Virus record (IMG/VR): IMGVR_UViG_3300044653_000068
Coordinates: 1 to 64,000 of that record
Strand: one strand, 5' to 3'
Source: a virus
DNA length: 64,000 bases
Under the pieces are notes generated by a model. That model was given only the letters and a program-made list of their open reading frames with translations. It ran no database searches and had not been told where the DNA came from. The translations under genes were made by a program, and so were the position numbers. Shown here one piece after another: positions 26,075-36,335 of this stretch (positions are counted from its first letter, which is position 1; every line of letters begins with the position of its first letter).

Positions 26075-26220
26075 CTACTTACTCCTCGGGATCTTGTGCT
26101 GGCACGGGCAGTCGGGCGACTCGCACTGAAGGTGACCGCGCATAATGCCCTCCAGGTTCCCCTTGCGGGCGGCAATGACCAGGAGAGCGTCGCTGGCCGC
26201 CCTCCGGCAGGGCTTGCAGA

Positions 26221-27297
26221 TCACATGATCCCCTCCTTCTCCATCAGCTTCATGATCTCGGCCGCGCGGTTGTCGAATGTCCAGTCCGCAATCGCCGCCC
26301 GCGCCTTGTCGGCCATCTCCTCGCGGGCGCTGTCGTGCTTCAGCCACCAGCGCAGCGATTCCTCGGCCTCCTGCGGCGAGTGGAACTTAGGCAGGATGCC
26401 GTCGAACATCAAGTCTGACTCCGGGCGCGGGTCGCGGAGGAAGAACAGGCCGCAGGCGGCCATCTCGATCTCGCGCGGCCCCATCGCGTAACCCTCGCCC
26501 TTGTGCGCGTCCTCGCTCTCACGGCGGTAGAAGTTGATGCCGGCCTTCGTCATCCGGTAGACGCGGGCGGTCTCGGTGTTGTCCACGCACTCGTCCGGCT
26601 GGTGGCCGAGGTACTTGAGGAGGCCGAGGAACTCCGGCTCGATGGAGTCCCAGCCATTGCCGCCGAGCACGGTGTCGATGCCGTCGAAGTTCATCGCGCT
26701 GAAGAACTCAAGCCGGCTGCGGAACGCGGTGCCCACGAAGCTGAAGTCCACGCTGTAGTCCCGTCGCTCCGGCGGGAAGTGGATGCCCGGGTCGTAGGAG
26801 TGCGGGACGTAGGCGGCCGGGATGCCCATGCCCTTCCAGCTCTCGATGTTCGTCGGGTCGTTGAGCAGGTTGAGGTTCGCGAACTGGCCGCGCATCTTCT
26901 GCTCGTCGTCCTGGTAGGGGGACTCGGTGTGCAGCATCACGATCTTCATGTTGCGCGCCCGGATCGTGGCGAGGGCCTGGCCGGTCTGGTAGAACGCCGA
27001 GACGAAGAACACCACGTCCGGCCAGAACTCGAAGCAGGTCTCCATCAGCCCCTTGGTTGCCATCTGGGCCATCATCGCCGGGTCCGGCATGGCGAGGTGC
27101 ACGTCCGGCCGGCCGCAGTGCTCGCAGGGGGAGCTGTCCGCCGTCTCCAGCAGCGCCCGCGCGTAGAACGTCAGGCGCTCGTTCGTGTTGTAGACCATGA
27201 TCTGGTGGCCCTGCTTGCGCAGCGCCTTGACCCAGCCACGGAAAACATCCGAAACCGAAAAATCCGGCCCCGGCTGCACTACGAGAATACGAGCCAC
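26221..27297 (-). CDS. Glycosyltransferase (GT-B, CgeB/DUF3880-like)
   Basis: DFSFVGT...INF...GPREIEMAACG...WTFDNRA. Confidence 0.85.
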   Translation of the reverse strand: MARILVVQPGPDFSVSDVFRGWVKALRKQGHQIMVYNTNERLTFYARALLETADSSPCEHCGRPDVHLAMPDPAMMAQMATKGLMETCFEFWPDVVFFVSAFYQTGQALATIRARNMKIVMLHTESPYQDDEQKMRGQFANLNLLNDPTNIESWKGMGIPAAYVPHSYDPGIHFPPERRDYSVDFSFVGTAFRSRLEFFSAMNFDGIDTVLGGNGWDSIEPEFLGLLKYLGHQPDECVDNTETARVYRMTKAGINFYRRESEDAHKGEGYAMGPREIEMAACGLFFLRDPRPESDLMFDGILPKFHSPQEAEESLRWWLKHDSAREEMADKARAAIADWTFDNRAAEIMKLMEKEGIM

Positions 27298-27463
27298 CGC
27301 TACCTCTCAAGAAGGGGCAACTCCGCGCTGCCCGCGCGATCGATGAACGTGCCCGGAACGAACGAGAAATCCCAGGCACCGGGCTCTACGTCGCCGATGT
27401 GCTGCCACTCGCCCTCGGGGCTTAGCGTGTACACCTTGCCCGGCCCCATTTGAAAGGTCACCG

Positions 27464-27928
27464 CTACCTCGCTGACACGTCGAACTGGAAGGTCGCGCCG
27501 AAGTACTCCACGCCGGCCCACGATATCGGGCCGTAGTCGGTGATCATAGTGGCGATGCACCACTCGACCGTGCCGCCGAGCGAGATGTCCATGTCGATCG
27601 CCATGGCGACGGGCACGACGGAGGCCGTGCTCTGGTAGCCGCACCACTGGTCGAGCGTGTCCTGGACGTTGCTGATGGTGTCGCCCCGCGAGACCGGCAG
27701 GATGCCCCGGAGGGTGAACTCGGTGGGGGTGAGCGGCCGGCCAGAGCCGTCGAGAAGCCCTGCGCCCATGGTCACGTCGAACTTAGCCACCGGCCGGGTC
27801 GGCAGCACCAGGAACATCGGCAGGGCTTGCAGCGAGTCCAGGAGCTGCGCCGAGGCCGCCAGCGACGGGACCGCGTTCGCCGCTATCTGCGCCGCTATCG
27901 ACGCCCGGATCGCGGTCACGTCCGCCAC
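27464..27928 (-). CDS. Tail terminator-like protein
   Basis: MADVTAIR...SLGGTV...YFGATFQFDV; position. Confidence 0.65.
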   Translation of the reverse strand: MADVTAIRASIAAQIAANAVPSLAASAQLLDSLQALPMFLVLPTRPVAKFDVTMGAGLLDGSGRPLTPTEFTLRGILPVSRGDTISNVQDTLDQWCGYQSTASVVPVAMAIDMDISLGGTVEWCIATMITDYGPISWAGVEYFGATFQFDVSAR

Positions 27929-28235
27929 TGTGCACCTCGCTTATGTGTCGTTTCAGTTCATTATGCCTGCGATCCACGTGCGCGGTGGTGAGTCCCGTGG
28001 CGATCAGGGCGAACACGGAGCTGAAAAGCGGTATCACCAGCAGCATCATGGCAACGGCGAGAAGGTGCGGGGCCCAGCCGTGCGGGGTGATGTCCCCGTA
28101 TCCCACGGTCGTGCCCGTGGTGGTGGCGAAGTAGAGGCCGTCCGGGACGCTGACGTGCTGCGCGAACGAGAACGTCACCCCGAGCAGCGCGTCCAGGGCT
28201 ACGCAGAGGACGGCGACGAAGACTGCGCGGCGCAC
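27783..28235 (-). CDS. Two-TM potassium channel (KcsA-like)
   Basis: TM1 - pore helix - TTVGYGD filter - TM2. Confidence 0.85.
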   Translation of the reverse strand: MRRAVFVAVLCVALDALLGVTFSFAQHVSVPDGLYFATTTGTTVGYGDITPHGWAPHLLAVAMMLLVIPLFSSVFALIATGLTTAHVDRRHNELKRHISEVHSGGRDRDPGVDSGADSGERGPVAGGLGAAPGLAASPADVPGAADPAGG

Positions 28236-28582
28236 TTCGCGTGCTCCCTGAGAATGTGAGCGTGAGTGAGCTTCCTCGGGTGCGGGCTGTGCTTGCGGCA
28301 GACCTTAAACTGCCCGTCAGCCAGCGGGTACCGGCCGATGCGCCAGCAGCCGGTCACATGGCAGTTCATCGACCGCAGGTGCGAGCCCAGCGCCCCGAAG
28401 ATGGACACGATCGCCAGCGCGGGGATGAACCCCGACCAGAGCTGGTAGGTCCAGGGGGTGCTCGATGAGGACGGGTACGGGTGAACGCCCACGCCGTACA
28501 GCACGCCCCAGGGATGCCAGCCCACGGCGTAAACGGCCAGTCCCAGGACCGCCAGAAGCGCGGCGGCTCTCAGCTTTCCCAT
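28199..28582 (-). CDS. Membrane protein with C-terminal Cys/His motif
   Basis: Two hydrophobic segments; NCHVTGCWRIG...VCRKH. Confidence 0.65.
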   Translation of the reverse strand: MGKLRAAALLAVLGLAVYAVGWHPWGVLYGVGVHPYPSSSSTPWTYQLWSGFIPALAIVSIFGALGSHLRSMNCHVTGCWRIGRYPLADGQFKVCRKHSPHPRKLTHAHILREHAKCAAQSSSPSSA

Positions 28583-29607
28583 GTCAGCTCCCAGGCTTCC
28601 TCAACGGGGTACTTCAGCTTCATTATCGAGCCCCACGATACGATCCGCCCATCGGGCCGCGACAGGGCGGCGTGATCCCCGAACGCGGTCTCGTACCCGA
28701 CCACGAGGGGCAGGTGCGTGAACGCGAAAGGATCGACGGCCTGCGTGTAATGGGCCAGCCTCACGTTCCGGTCCCTCGGCCACGCGGCCATCCACGTGCG
28801 CCACAGCGCCTCCTCGATGGTGGGCTCCGGCCCGATCATCTCCGCCAGCTCATCGATGTCCCGGTCACTCGCCTTGACGCCCCGCGCGCACAGCAGGTGG
28901 TTGGCGATGGCGAACACGACGCAGCGCGCCTCAGTCTCGTTGCCCAGCCACTGCCCCGGCCTGCGCACCCCGATGAAGCTCCCTCGCCTGGCCGCCGTCC
29001 GGACCTTGGCCGCCGCCGCGAGCCCGGCCGTGTTCCCGGCCTTCGCTATGGCCGCCGACTGCGCCCTCGATATCTGGGTCTTCTTCCCGGTGTTCAGGGT
29101 GGACTTGGAGGCCTTCTTGGCGGTCTTGTTGATCGCGGCAAAGACGCCGCTCTCATGCGAGTTCGCCTGCGCCACGTCAACGGTCCGCATGACGGCCAGG
29201 TGCGCGTACGCCCTCTCGCCCGCCTGCACGTACTGGAGCCGCCCGGCGATGTTGGCGTGGGTGTACATCTGGTTCTCGATCCGGGCCTGGAGCGCGGCGT
29301 TCTGGTGCCCCAGCCGGGACTGCACCCAGCTCATCCGGGCGGCGTGCGCGGCGATGGCGGCGGCCTGGGCGGCTCCCCGCGACGCGGCGGCGGTCTTCAT
29401 GCTCGCGTACGCCGAGGCCAGGCGGTAGGCCCGGAACCGGTTGGAGGCGGCCTGGAAGGCGATCTTCGTCCGCGCGGCGGAGGCGGCGGCGTTGTACGCG
29501 GCGTTGTACGCCTTCCACTGCGCGGTGGACAGCACCAGCCCCTTCGGCGTCGCCTTCGCCTTGGTCGTGACCTTGAAGACGGTCGGGGCCGGCGCCTTGG
29601 CGGCCAT
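28570..29607 (-). CDS. Ala/Lys-rich protein with C-terminal papain-like segment
   Basis: WLGNETEARCVVFAIAN...DHA...IVSWG resembles 43588-44337. Confidence 0.55.
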   Translation of the reverse strand: MAAKAPAPTVFKVTTKAKATPKGLVLSTAQWKAYNAAYNAAASAARTKIAFQAASNRFRAYRLASAYASMKTAAASRGAAQAAAIAAHAARMSWVQSRLGHQNAALQARIENQMYTHANIAGRLQYVQAGERAYAHLAVMRTVDVAQANSHESGVFAAINKTAKKASKSTLNTGKKTQISRAQSAAIAKAGNTAGLAAAAKVRTAARRGSFIGVRRPGQWLGNETEARCVVFAIANHLLCARGVKASDRDIDELAEMIGPEPTIEEALWRTWMAAWPRDRNVRLAHYTQAVDPFAFTHLPLVVGYETAFGDHAALSRPDGRIVSWGSIMKLKYPVEEAWELTWES

Positions 29608-29820
29608 CGTCAGCGGTTGCCGCGCAGCGCCTTCAGCACCGCAGCGCCGCCGGAGGTGAGGCGCGGGGCGTGCGTCGGGAAGTGCGCGGTCTGCCCCGGC
29701 GGCACGTTGACCGTGGTCGGCTCCGGGCTCGCGACCGCGCCCTCCGTGCCCAGCACCGCCTGCGTCTCGACTTCCTCGGTCACCGGCACGGGCGCGATGT
29801 TCATCGGTCCCTCTGGCATG

Positions 29821-30858
29821 TCAGACTCCCCACTTGCGACGTGCGTTTATGTAAGGACGTAGCAATTCCACGACCCACGGGTTGCTCTGCACCCTCACCA
29901 TACCGCTGGCGGCGGTGCCGGCCATGCCCCACGGGGTGTCCTTGGACAAGTAGATGTCCTGGCAGAGCATCAGGGACGCCTGCGACACCTCGGGCGGCAC
30001 GTAGTCCCAGCCCCATGTGGTGGTGACCTGCATCCGGTTGAGGTGGCTGTACGGCCACACGAAGGGCAGCCACGCTCCGTTGGTGGCGATGGCCCCGGGG
30101 ATCATGAGCGCCTGGAGCTGCCGGTAGGGCCGCGCCACGCCGCCCGCCGCGTTCGGGTTGTAGTTGTCCTCGCTGTTGCTCGGGTCGCCCAGCTTGAGGG
30201 CGTAGAACGAGCCGGTGCCGACCGGCGGCGCGGGGTTGCCCCAGGCGGTCTCGAAAATGCCGTCGCCGTCGTAGTCCAGGTTCACGATCGTGCTGGCCGC
30301 CGTGCTGGGCACGATGTCGTCGATGCCCTCTTCCCAGATGGTCTGCGGCACGTAGGTCCGGGTTTCCTGGAGCCGGTAGAAGTGACGTCCGCAGTACCTG
30401 TTGATCCAGTTGGCCACGGTATGGATGGCGAGCTGCATCTCGTAGTCGTTGGAGTGGTAGGTCTTGCCGGCCGGGGACTCCCCGAGGCGCGACTTCAGCT
30501 CCTCCAGGCCCGTGTACCAGTACTGCATGCCGTAGCCGACGTCGGACAGGGGCATCAGCCGGAAGGTGCCCGGGGTGACCTGCTGGACGTTGCCGCCAGC
30601 GCCGACCCAGCAGTAGGTGTACAGCCCCGGGACGCTGATCCCGTCGAGCGTCAGGGTGTAGTTGCCCGTCGAGGACCGCAGGATGCTGTTGAGCCCGCCG
30701 CCGCCCGGGTACGTGAAATTGGTGATCGCCCCGGTCGGGTCGGTGACCACGCAGGTGATCGTGGTCGGGTCGGCGGCGACGCCGGACAGGTTGAGGAACG
30801 AAACCGAGGTGAGCGCCACGGCCTCGCTGGGGCTGTCGTAAAGGACCTGTGAACTCAT
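29821..30858 (-). CDS. Head-tail connector (gp6-like) with N-terminal extra domain
   Basis: YTGLEELKSRLG...INRYCGRHF...WGWDYVPPEVSQA...LLRPY. Confidence 0.8.
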   Translation of the reverse strand: MSSQVLYDSPSEAVALTSVSFLNLSGVAADPTTITCVVTDPTGAITNFTYPGGGGLNSILRSSTGNYTLTLDGISVPGLYTYCWVGAGGNVQQVTPGTFRLMPLSDVGYGMQYWYTGLEELKSRLGESPAGKTYHSNDYEMQLAIHTVANWINRYCGRHFYRLQETRTYVPQTIWEEGIDDIVPSTAASTIVNLDYDGDGIFETAWGNPAPPVGTGSFYALKLGDPSNSEDNYNPNAAGGVARPYRQLQALMIPGAIATNGAWLPFVWPYSHLNRMQVTTTWGWDYVPPEVSQASLMLCQDIYLSKDTPWGMAGTAASGMVRVQSNPWVVELLRPYINARRKWGV

Positions 30859-33302
30859 AGCGTGATCCAGGTGATCTGACCGTAGGCGCAGGTGTTCTGC
30901 AATCCAGAAAAAACAACGTCGATTCGATAAAAAAGATACGTCTCCGGGTACAAGTCGGCGCGCGGGACCAGCACCGAGCAGAGGCCGCCGGAGGGGTTGG
31001 TGATGGTGATCGCGGGGCTGCCGCCGGCCGAGGAGAGCAGGAGCGCCGAGCCGTCAGGGGTTCCGGCGGCCGTCTTCAGGTACATGTTTATCGTCGCGCT
31101 GGTCAGGGACAGCGGGCTGCCATTCTGGGTGATGGCGACGCTGATCGTCTCGTCGTTGTTCTCGGCGAGCGTCAGGGGCACGTTCTGCATCGTCCATCCA
31201 ACCAGGGAGCCGTCGATGGTTACTGAGTTCACAGTACCGCCGTAGGTGCTGGCCGTGGTAGTGAGCGAGCCGTTTATAGAGGTCACAGTCAGCGTCGCGT
31301 CTGCGTAATCGGGCACCGTGACGCCCGCGCCGTAGGTGCTGGCCGTGGTGGTGAAAGTGGCGTCATAGTCAGCCGGCGTGGCCGTGTCGCCGTAGTTCGC
31401 GTAGATGAAGGCGGCGCCCAGGTTCTCCGGCGACCGGACGGGCACGCCCACAGTCGGCGCGAGGGCGGCGCCGGAGCCCGTGGCAAGACCGGTGACTATG
31501 CCCGGTGACGGCACGAGCGCCGCGCCGGCTCCCGTGGCGAGCCCTATGGGGAACCCCGTGGTGAGGGAAGGCGCGAGCGCGGCCCCGGTACCGGTGGCGA
31601 GACCCGCGTTGGCCGCCTGGGAGATGCCGCCCGCCGCCCCGGTACCGGTGGCCAGGCCTGCGGTGAAGCCGGAAGTCGCCAGCGGCGCGAGCGCGGCCCC
31701 GGTACCGGTGGCGAGGCCGAGAACCCGGGGAGCCGTGGGCGCGAGGGCGGAGCCCGTCCCCGTGGTGAGCCCGGCAGTGAAGCCGACTCCCGGCGGAAGG
31801 GCGGCCCCGGTGCCCGTGGCGAGGCCGGCGTTGGCCGCCTGGGAGATGCCGCCCGCCGCACCCGTGCCCGTGGCGAGCCCGGCGTTGGCCGCCTGGGAGA
31901 TGCCGCCCGCCGCGCCCGTGCCCGTGGCCAGGCCGGCGGTGAGGCCGACTCCCGGCTGAGGCGCCGCGCCCGTGCCCGTGGCCAGCCCCGCGCTGAGGCC
32001 GGCGGACAACTGGATGTCGAAGCCGAACGCGAAGCTGTAGTTGTTGTTGGGGTACGCCATCGACGTGGTGGTGGCGGTGTTGGCGTACCCGTTGTTGCCC
32101 GTGGAGGTCGTGGCCGTGGCGATGCCGACCGTGCCGGGGTAGTACTCCACCGCCTGGTAGGCGAACCAGGCGCTGGTACTGCTGCTGAACATCGTCGCGA
32201 CGTACGTGGTGCCCGTGGAGAGCGAGACGGGCGACGAGAACGCGGCGTAGGCCCAGCCCGCGCCTGCGGTCGCGGCGGACCCCCCGGGCGCGGTCAGCCA
32301 GGACGGGCTTGAGTTGCTCGCGACGAGCGTGCCGGTGGTGACGCTGGTGTAGGTGTACAGCCCGATTTCACTCGGGAACAGGGTGTTGCCGAACGGGCTG
32401 TACTGCCACAGGCCGAGAAGCTGGGTGGCCGTGGATACGGTGAAGGAGAACCCGGTGGTGCCGGCGCTGCTGGCGGCGGCGTACGCCCCCCCGGTCCCGA
32501 CAGGGTTGCCGCCGTTGAAGAAATTCCCGCCGGCCATGACGGGCGGCTGGGGCGGGGGAGGCGATCCGAACTTTCTGAACGACAGCGGGGACTGGCGCCC
32601 GGGAGGGGATGCCGGGGGGATGACGGGCGCCGGGACGGCCACCCCGCCGCCCGCGAGCTGGAACGCGACGAGGAGGACCGCGTAGTTGTCGCCGGTGCCG
32701 GTGAAGGTGAGCCCGTCAGTCTCCGTGCCGCCGGTGCTGGACTTGTACTGGACGATGTTGTTGCCCTGGCTGCCGGAGTTGACCGAGTTCGGGTCGAGGG
32801 TCCAGCCGGAAGCCTGCGTGTAGGTGTTACCGTCGCCGCTGTCCGCGAGGAACGTGATCAGGTACTCGCCGGCGAGTGATGAGGCATACGTCGGCGACAA
32901 GACCGGCGAGGTGGTCCCGGCCGTGCTGCCGAACGTACCGTCGAGGCACGCTGCGGCGGTGCTGCCCGTCGCGAGCCCCGAAACCTCCTGGACGACGATT
33001 GAGGGGCTGTTGGCGCCGCTGTACGTCGCGGTGATCGTCGGCTTGGTGCCGGCGTCGCCGGACGGGGTGTCGAGGACGTAAACGTAGCCGAACTGGCTGC
33101 CGCCGTTGAATGAGACAGTCGTCGCCACCAGGGCGAACGAGTTCCCGGCGGTGTCTTTCACGCTGGAGACCGTCACGCCGCCGCTGGACAGCACGTAGGC
33201 GATCAGCTTGCTGCCGGCGGTCAGGTTCGCCGTGGTGAAAGTCGCGGCGACCGACGTGCTGCCGGTTGAGCTGTTGGCGCTCTGAAGCCAGTTCCACGCC
33301 AT
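30855..33302 (-). CDS. Virion protein with repeated GLATGTGAA units and BppU-like C-terminus
   Basis: 815 aa, S/T/G/A-rich; ~11 GLAT(G/T)GxA repeats. Confidence 0.7.
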   Translation of the reverse strand: MAWNWLQSANSSTGSTSVAATFTTANLTAGSKLIAYVLSSGGVTVSSVKDTAGNSFALVATTVSFNGGSQFGYVYVLDTPSGDAGTKPTITATYSGANSPSIVVQEVSGLATGSTAAACLDGTFGSTAGTTSPVLSPTYASSLAGEYLITFLADSGDGNTYTQASGWTLDPNSVNSGSQGNNIVQYKSSTGGTETDGLTFTGTGDNYAVLLVAFQLAGGGVAVPAPVIPPASPPGRQSPLSFRKFGSPPPPQPPVMAGGNFFNGGNPVGTGGAYAAASSAGTTGFSFTVSTATQLLGLWQYSPFGNTLFPSEIGLYTYTSVTTGTLVASNSSPSWLTAPGGSAATAGAGWAYAAFSSPVSLSTGTTYVATMFSSSTSAWFAYQAVEYYPGTVGIATATTSTGNNGYANTATTTSMAYPNNNYSFAFGFDIQLSAGLSAGLATGTGAAPQPGVGLTAGLATGTGAAGGISQAANAGLATGTGAAGGISQAANAGLATGTGAALPPGVGFTAGLTTGTGSALAPTAPRVLGLATGTGAALAPLATSGFTAGLATGTGAAGGISQAANAGLATGTGAALAPSLTTGFPIGLATGAGAALVPSPGIVTGLATGSGAALAPTVGVPVRSPENLGAAFIYANYGDTATPADYDATFTTTASTYGAGVTVPDYADATLTVTSINGSLTTTASTYGGTVNSVTIDGSLVGWTMQNVPLTLAENNDETISVAITQNGSPLSLTSATINMYLKTAAGTPDGSALLLSSAGGSPAITITNPSGGLCSVLVPRADLYPETYLFYRIDVVFSGLQNTCAYGQITWITL
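31440..32000 (-). repeat. Intragenic tandem repeats encoding GLATGTGAA
   Basis: Three near-identical AGGISQAANAGLATGTGA units plus degenerate copies. Confidence 0.8.
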
Positions 33303-33331
33303 GCGGCTACCGCCCTCCGGTCAGGCGGCTG

Positions 33332-33952
33332 CTAGTCGAGCGTTTCGACGAGCCACTCGGTGCAGGCGATCGTGCCGAACGCGGCCGACGAGGTGGCGGC
33401 CAGGCCGATTCCGGTCAGGGACGTGGTGTTGATGCCCAGGGCGGTCTCGCCTGAGATGTTCGGCATCGGCAGGATGATGGCGTTGCCGGTGCCCAGCGCC
33501 ACGGGGGCCCCGGGGACGGCCATGGGGATCTTGACCGAGCCCTGCGTCGAGACGCTGCCCGAGGTGCCGCTGCCGAGGGCCGTGCAGCGCATCAGCGCGT
33601 CCAGCTCCCACTGGAGCCCGGTGATCGAGCCGGTGCCCAGCGCCAGGGTGGTGGTGGTCGCGAACGTGGTCCAGGTGCCGGTGTTGCCCGCGTTGCACCG
33701 CAGCAGCCAGGACAGGTTGGAGGTGGTGCCGGCCGTGTTAACGTACCCGCGCGCCGTGACCCGGATCAGCATGCCCGAGTACCAGCCGAGGTACTGGCCG
33801 TCCGGGTTGACGGAGGCGACGTCGGTGTTGAGCCCGCCCGCCTGGCACGGCGAGATGGTGGCGGTGGAGGCCGAGGAGGTGAGCGCCGTTCCCGCGCCCG
33901 CCGCCCGCGCGCTGCCCGAGTTGATCAGGCTGACCCACTGCTGGTTGGCCAT
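33332..33952 (-). CDS. Putative virion structural protein
   Basis: 206 aa, T/G/S-rich, in head-neck module. Confidence 0.65.
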   Translation of the reverse strand: MANQQWVSLINSGSARAAGAGTALTSSASTATISPCQAGGLNTDVASVNPDGQYLGWYSGMLIRVTARGYVNTAGTTSNLSWLLRCNAGNTGTWTTFATTTTLALGTGSITGLQWELDALMRCTALGSGTSGSVSTQGSVKIPMAVPGAPVALGTGNAIILPMPNISGETALGINTTSLTGIGLAATSSAAFGTIACTEWLVETLD

Positions 33953-33953
33953 A

Positions 33954-34217
33954 TCAGCACCCCCAGACCAGCAGGTAGCCGCTGTCGGAGGACAGCCCGG
34001 ACGGCATGGTGACCACGGTGCCGGTGAACGTGGCGGCGATCTCCACGAACTCCGACACGCCCAGCACGACGCCGCTCTTGACGATCAGGAAGCCGCTGAT
34101 GGTGGAGACGTCGATGGTGTCGCCCGTGCTGACCTTGGACAGCGCGAACAGGGCAACCTTGTCGGCGGCGCCGGCCGAGTACACGAGCGTGCAGTTGGCC
34201 GACGTGAGCGTCGCCAT
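33954..34217 (-). CDS. Putative small virion protein
   Basis: SD GGAGG; beta-rich composition. Confidence 0.65.
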   Translation of the reverse strand: MATLTSANCTLVYSAGAADKVALFALSKVSTGDTIDVSTISGFLIVKSGVVLGVSEFVEIAATFTGTVVTMPSGLSSDSGYLLVWGC

Positions 34218-34227
34218 GCGTCCTCCC

Positions 34228-34758
34228 CTAGACCGAGATGTTGAAGATCGCCGTGATCGCGGCGGAGGCGGGCGTGGCCCACAGGATCGTGAACGTGGCG
34301 GCGGTGACGGTCTGCGTGCCGCCGAAGTAGTTGAAGCAGATGCCCTGCTTGGACACCGTGCCGCCGGAGATGGTCGAGTCGTACACCAGCAGGCCGTAGA
34401 AGCCCGACAGGGTGACCGAGGCCGTCGAGGTCTGGCCCGCCGTGGGAGCTGTCACCTGGAAGCACAGGGACGACGAGCCGGTGTCGATGGTCCACGTCTT
34501 GGTGGTGCCGACTGACACGCCGCCGGCCGCCCAGTTGGTGCCGGTGATCTCGTTGCCGGTTACCCACTGGCCTGTGTTGTACCCGGTGTTGGCGAGGGTG
34601 TCGGCCTTGTTCGGGGTGCCGGAGTTGCCGAACGCCGCGCAGTTGATCGTGTCGCCCGTGAGGCTGACGAAAGAAGTGGGCGCGGTTCCCGCGTTGACGG
34701 CCCTGGCGATCGGGTTAAGCATCGCCTGCTGGAAGATCGCGCTGTTAGACCAGCCCAT
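34228..34758 (-). CDS. Putative virion structural protein
   Basis: NEITGTNWAAGG...FNYFGG...FTILW pattern. Confidence 0.7.
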   Translation of the reverse strand: MGWSNSAIFQQAMLNPIARAVNAGTAPTSFVSLTGDTINCAAFGNSGTPNKADTLANTGYNTGQWVTGNEITGTNWAAGGVSVGTTKTWTIDTGSSSLCFQVTAPTAGQTSTASVTLSGFYGLLVYDSTISGGTVSKQGICFNYFGGTQTVTAATFTILWATPASAAITAIFNISV

Positions 34759-34842
34759 CGGGCTCTCCCTCGGTTGGCTCGGGCTCGACGGACCCGTGCG
34801 CGGCCGCCAGGTCCGCGAGAATGCGCACTTCAGGCTCGGTCA

Positions 34843-35169
34843 TCAGACTCGCAGCTCCCCGTGGGCCAGCCCCGCGTTGGCGGCCAGGTCGTTGCGGCCG
34901 TCCGCGTACTTCGTGATCACTGACATGTACGCCCTGCCGTCGTCTCCCATGGCCTGCTGGTCGCCGTTGAGGTAGTCCTCGCGCTCGACCGCCACCACCT
35001 CGCAGTCGGTGCCGGCCCGGACGAGGGGGGCGCTCAGCTGGTGCAGGCGCGGGCAGTTGTGGTAGCGGGTGGCGCCCGGCGGCATGGCGGGCAGCACCTC
35101 GGCGCAGTAGCACCCGTTAGGGCAGTACCACTCCTCGAAAGCCTGGCGCAGGATGGGCACATCGAACAT
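34843..35169 (-). CDS. Hypothetical phage protein with Cys/His motif
   Basis: WYCPNGC...YHNCP...EREDYLNG. Confidence 0.65.
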   Translation of the reverse strand: MFDVPILRQAFEEWYCPNGCYCAEVLPAMPPGATRYHNCPRLHQLSAPLVRAGTDCEVVAVEREDYLNGDQQAMGDDGRAYMSVITKYADGRNDLAANAGLAHGELRV

Positions 35170-35173
35170 GCCC

Positions 35174-35503
35174 TCAGTGTAACGGCTTCACAGAGCCTGA
35201 GATAGTGGGGTCGAGCCTGGCCACGTCAGCTATCGTGGCCGCCGCCAGCTTATGGACGCCTGCCCCCAGGGAGTCGCGAAGCCCGCACAGAAGGCCCGCC
35301 CACTCCCCCAGCTGCGCGGGGGTGATGAACCCGGTCACGGTAGCCGAGTCCGTGCGCATGGTCACGCCGACCACGACCGGCTCGCCCGGCTTGGCGACGG
35401 TGCCGCACTCCAGGGTCACGGGACCGCCGGCCAGCAGTCGGTTGTTCGGGTCCAGCCACCGAAGGGAGTCCGGGGCGGTCACAGCCGGGCCCTCTCGCGC
35501 CAC
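35174..35503 (-). CDS. Hypothetical protein
   Basis: ORF in operon; ends TTA CAC TGA. Confidence 0.55.
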   Translation of the reverse strand: MAREGPAVTAPDSLRWLDPNNRLLAGGPVTLECGTVAKPGEPVVVGVTMRTDSATVTGFITPAQLGEWAGLLCGLRDSLGAGVHKLAAATIADVARLDPTISGSVKPLH

Positions 35504-35711
35504 ATCCGCCCGGCGGCGCGCTCCGCCAGCCCCACGATCTGCTCCTTCTGGGGGCGGGTGACGGCGCTCAGGTAGACGGACAGCTCACGCTGGCCCGAGG
35601 CGTGGCACAGGTCCCCGACGAGGCGGCCGAAGACCGCGCACTCCTCTTCCGTCAGCTCGGCGGTCTCGGCGTCGTACGTGAACCCGTTCATGATCCTCAT
35701 GCTAGCGGCCC

Positions 35712-36326
35712 TCACATCCGGACCTTGCGGGGACCGCGCGCCGGGGCAAGGCCGGCCGGCCGCAGGATGATCTCCCTGCGGATGGCGACGTCCAGGTTGT
35801 ACAGGCCCAGCGGGGTGACGTACCCCGGCCAGGTGCCCTCGAACAGATGGCAGCCCTCGTCGGAGTACGCCACGTCGCAGAGCTGGGAGCAGATCAGGTG
35901 CTTCGTGCTGGCGATGTAGCCCCGCAGGCCGGGCGCGGGGATGTGCAGCCGATGGCAGAACATCGCGCCGTAGTCGAGGAAGCTGTAGCCAACGCCGCCG
36001 GTGGAGGTCTTGTGCCCGGTGCCGGGGCCGTACTTCTGAACAGCGGCGCCCCAGATGTCAGCCAGCTTCTCCTCGGTGAACTGGGCCGCGATGGCGGTGC
36101 ACCAGTAGATCGTGTCGCTGTCGTACTCGCTGACGTTCGCTATCCGCGCGCCGCCGGGCTCGGCCTCCAGGACCGTCTCGTTCGGGCCGAGGAGGAGCGA
36201 GTGCTCCCAGTCCTTGAACCCCTGGCCGTTGAGGAACTCCCCGACCTTGATCAGCTTCCCGACGTCACCGGAGATCTGGGTGAGGCCGATGGTGCCGATC
36301 GCGGGGAGCGTCGCGGGAGTCGTCAT
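35712..36326 (-). CDS. Permuted papain-like (NlpC/P60, YiiX-like) amidase
   Basis: His before Cys: WEH...LEAEPGG...YSFLDY...ICSQL...VTP. Confidence 0.75.
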   Translation of the reverse strand: MTTPATLPAIGTIGLTQISGDVGKLIKVGEFLNGQGFKDWEHSLLLGPNETVLEAEPGGARIANVSEYDSDTIYWCTAIAAQFTEEKLADIWGAAVQKYGPGTGHKTSTGGVGYSFLDYGAMFCHRLHIPAPGLRGYIASTKHLICSQLCDVAYSDEGCHLFEGTWPGYVTPLGLYNLDVAIRREIILRPAGLAPARGPRKVRM

Positions 36327-36335
36327 GGGGTCAGC

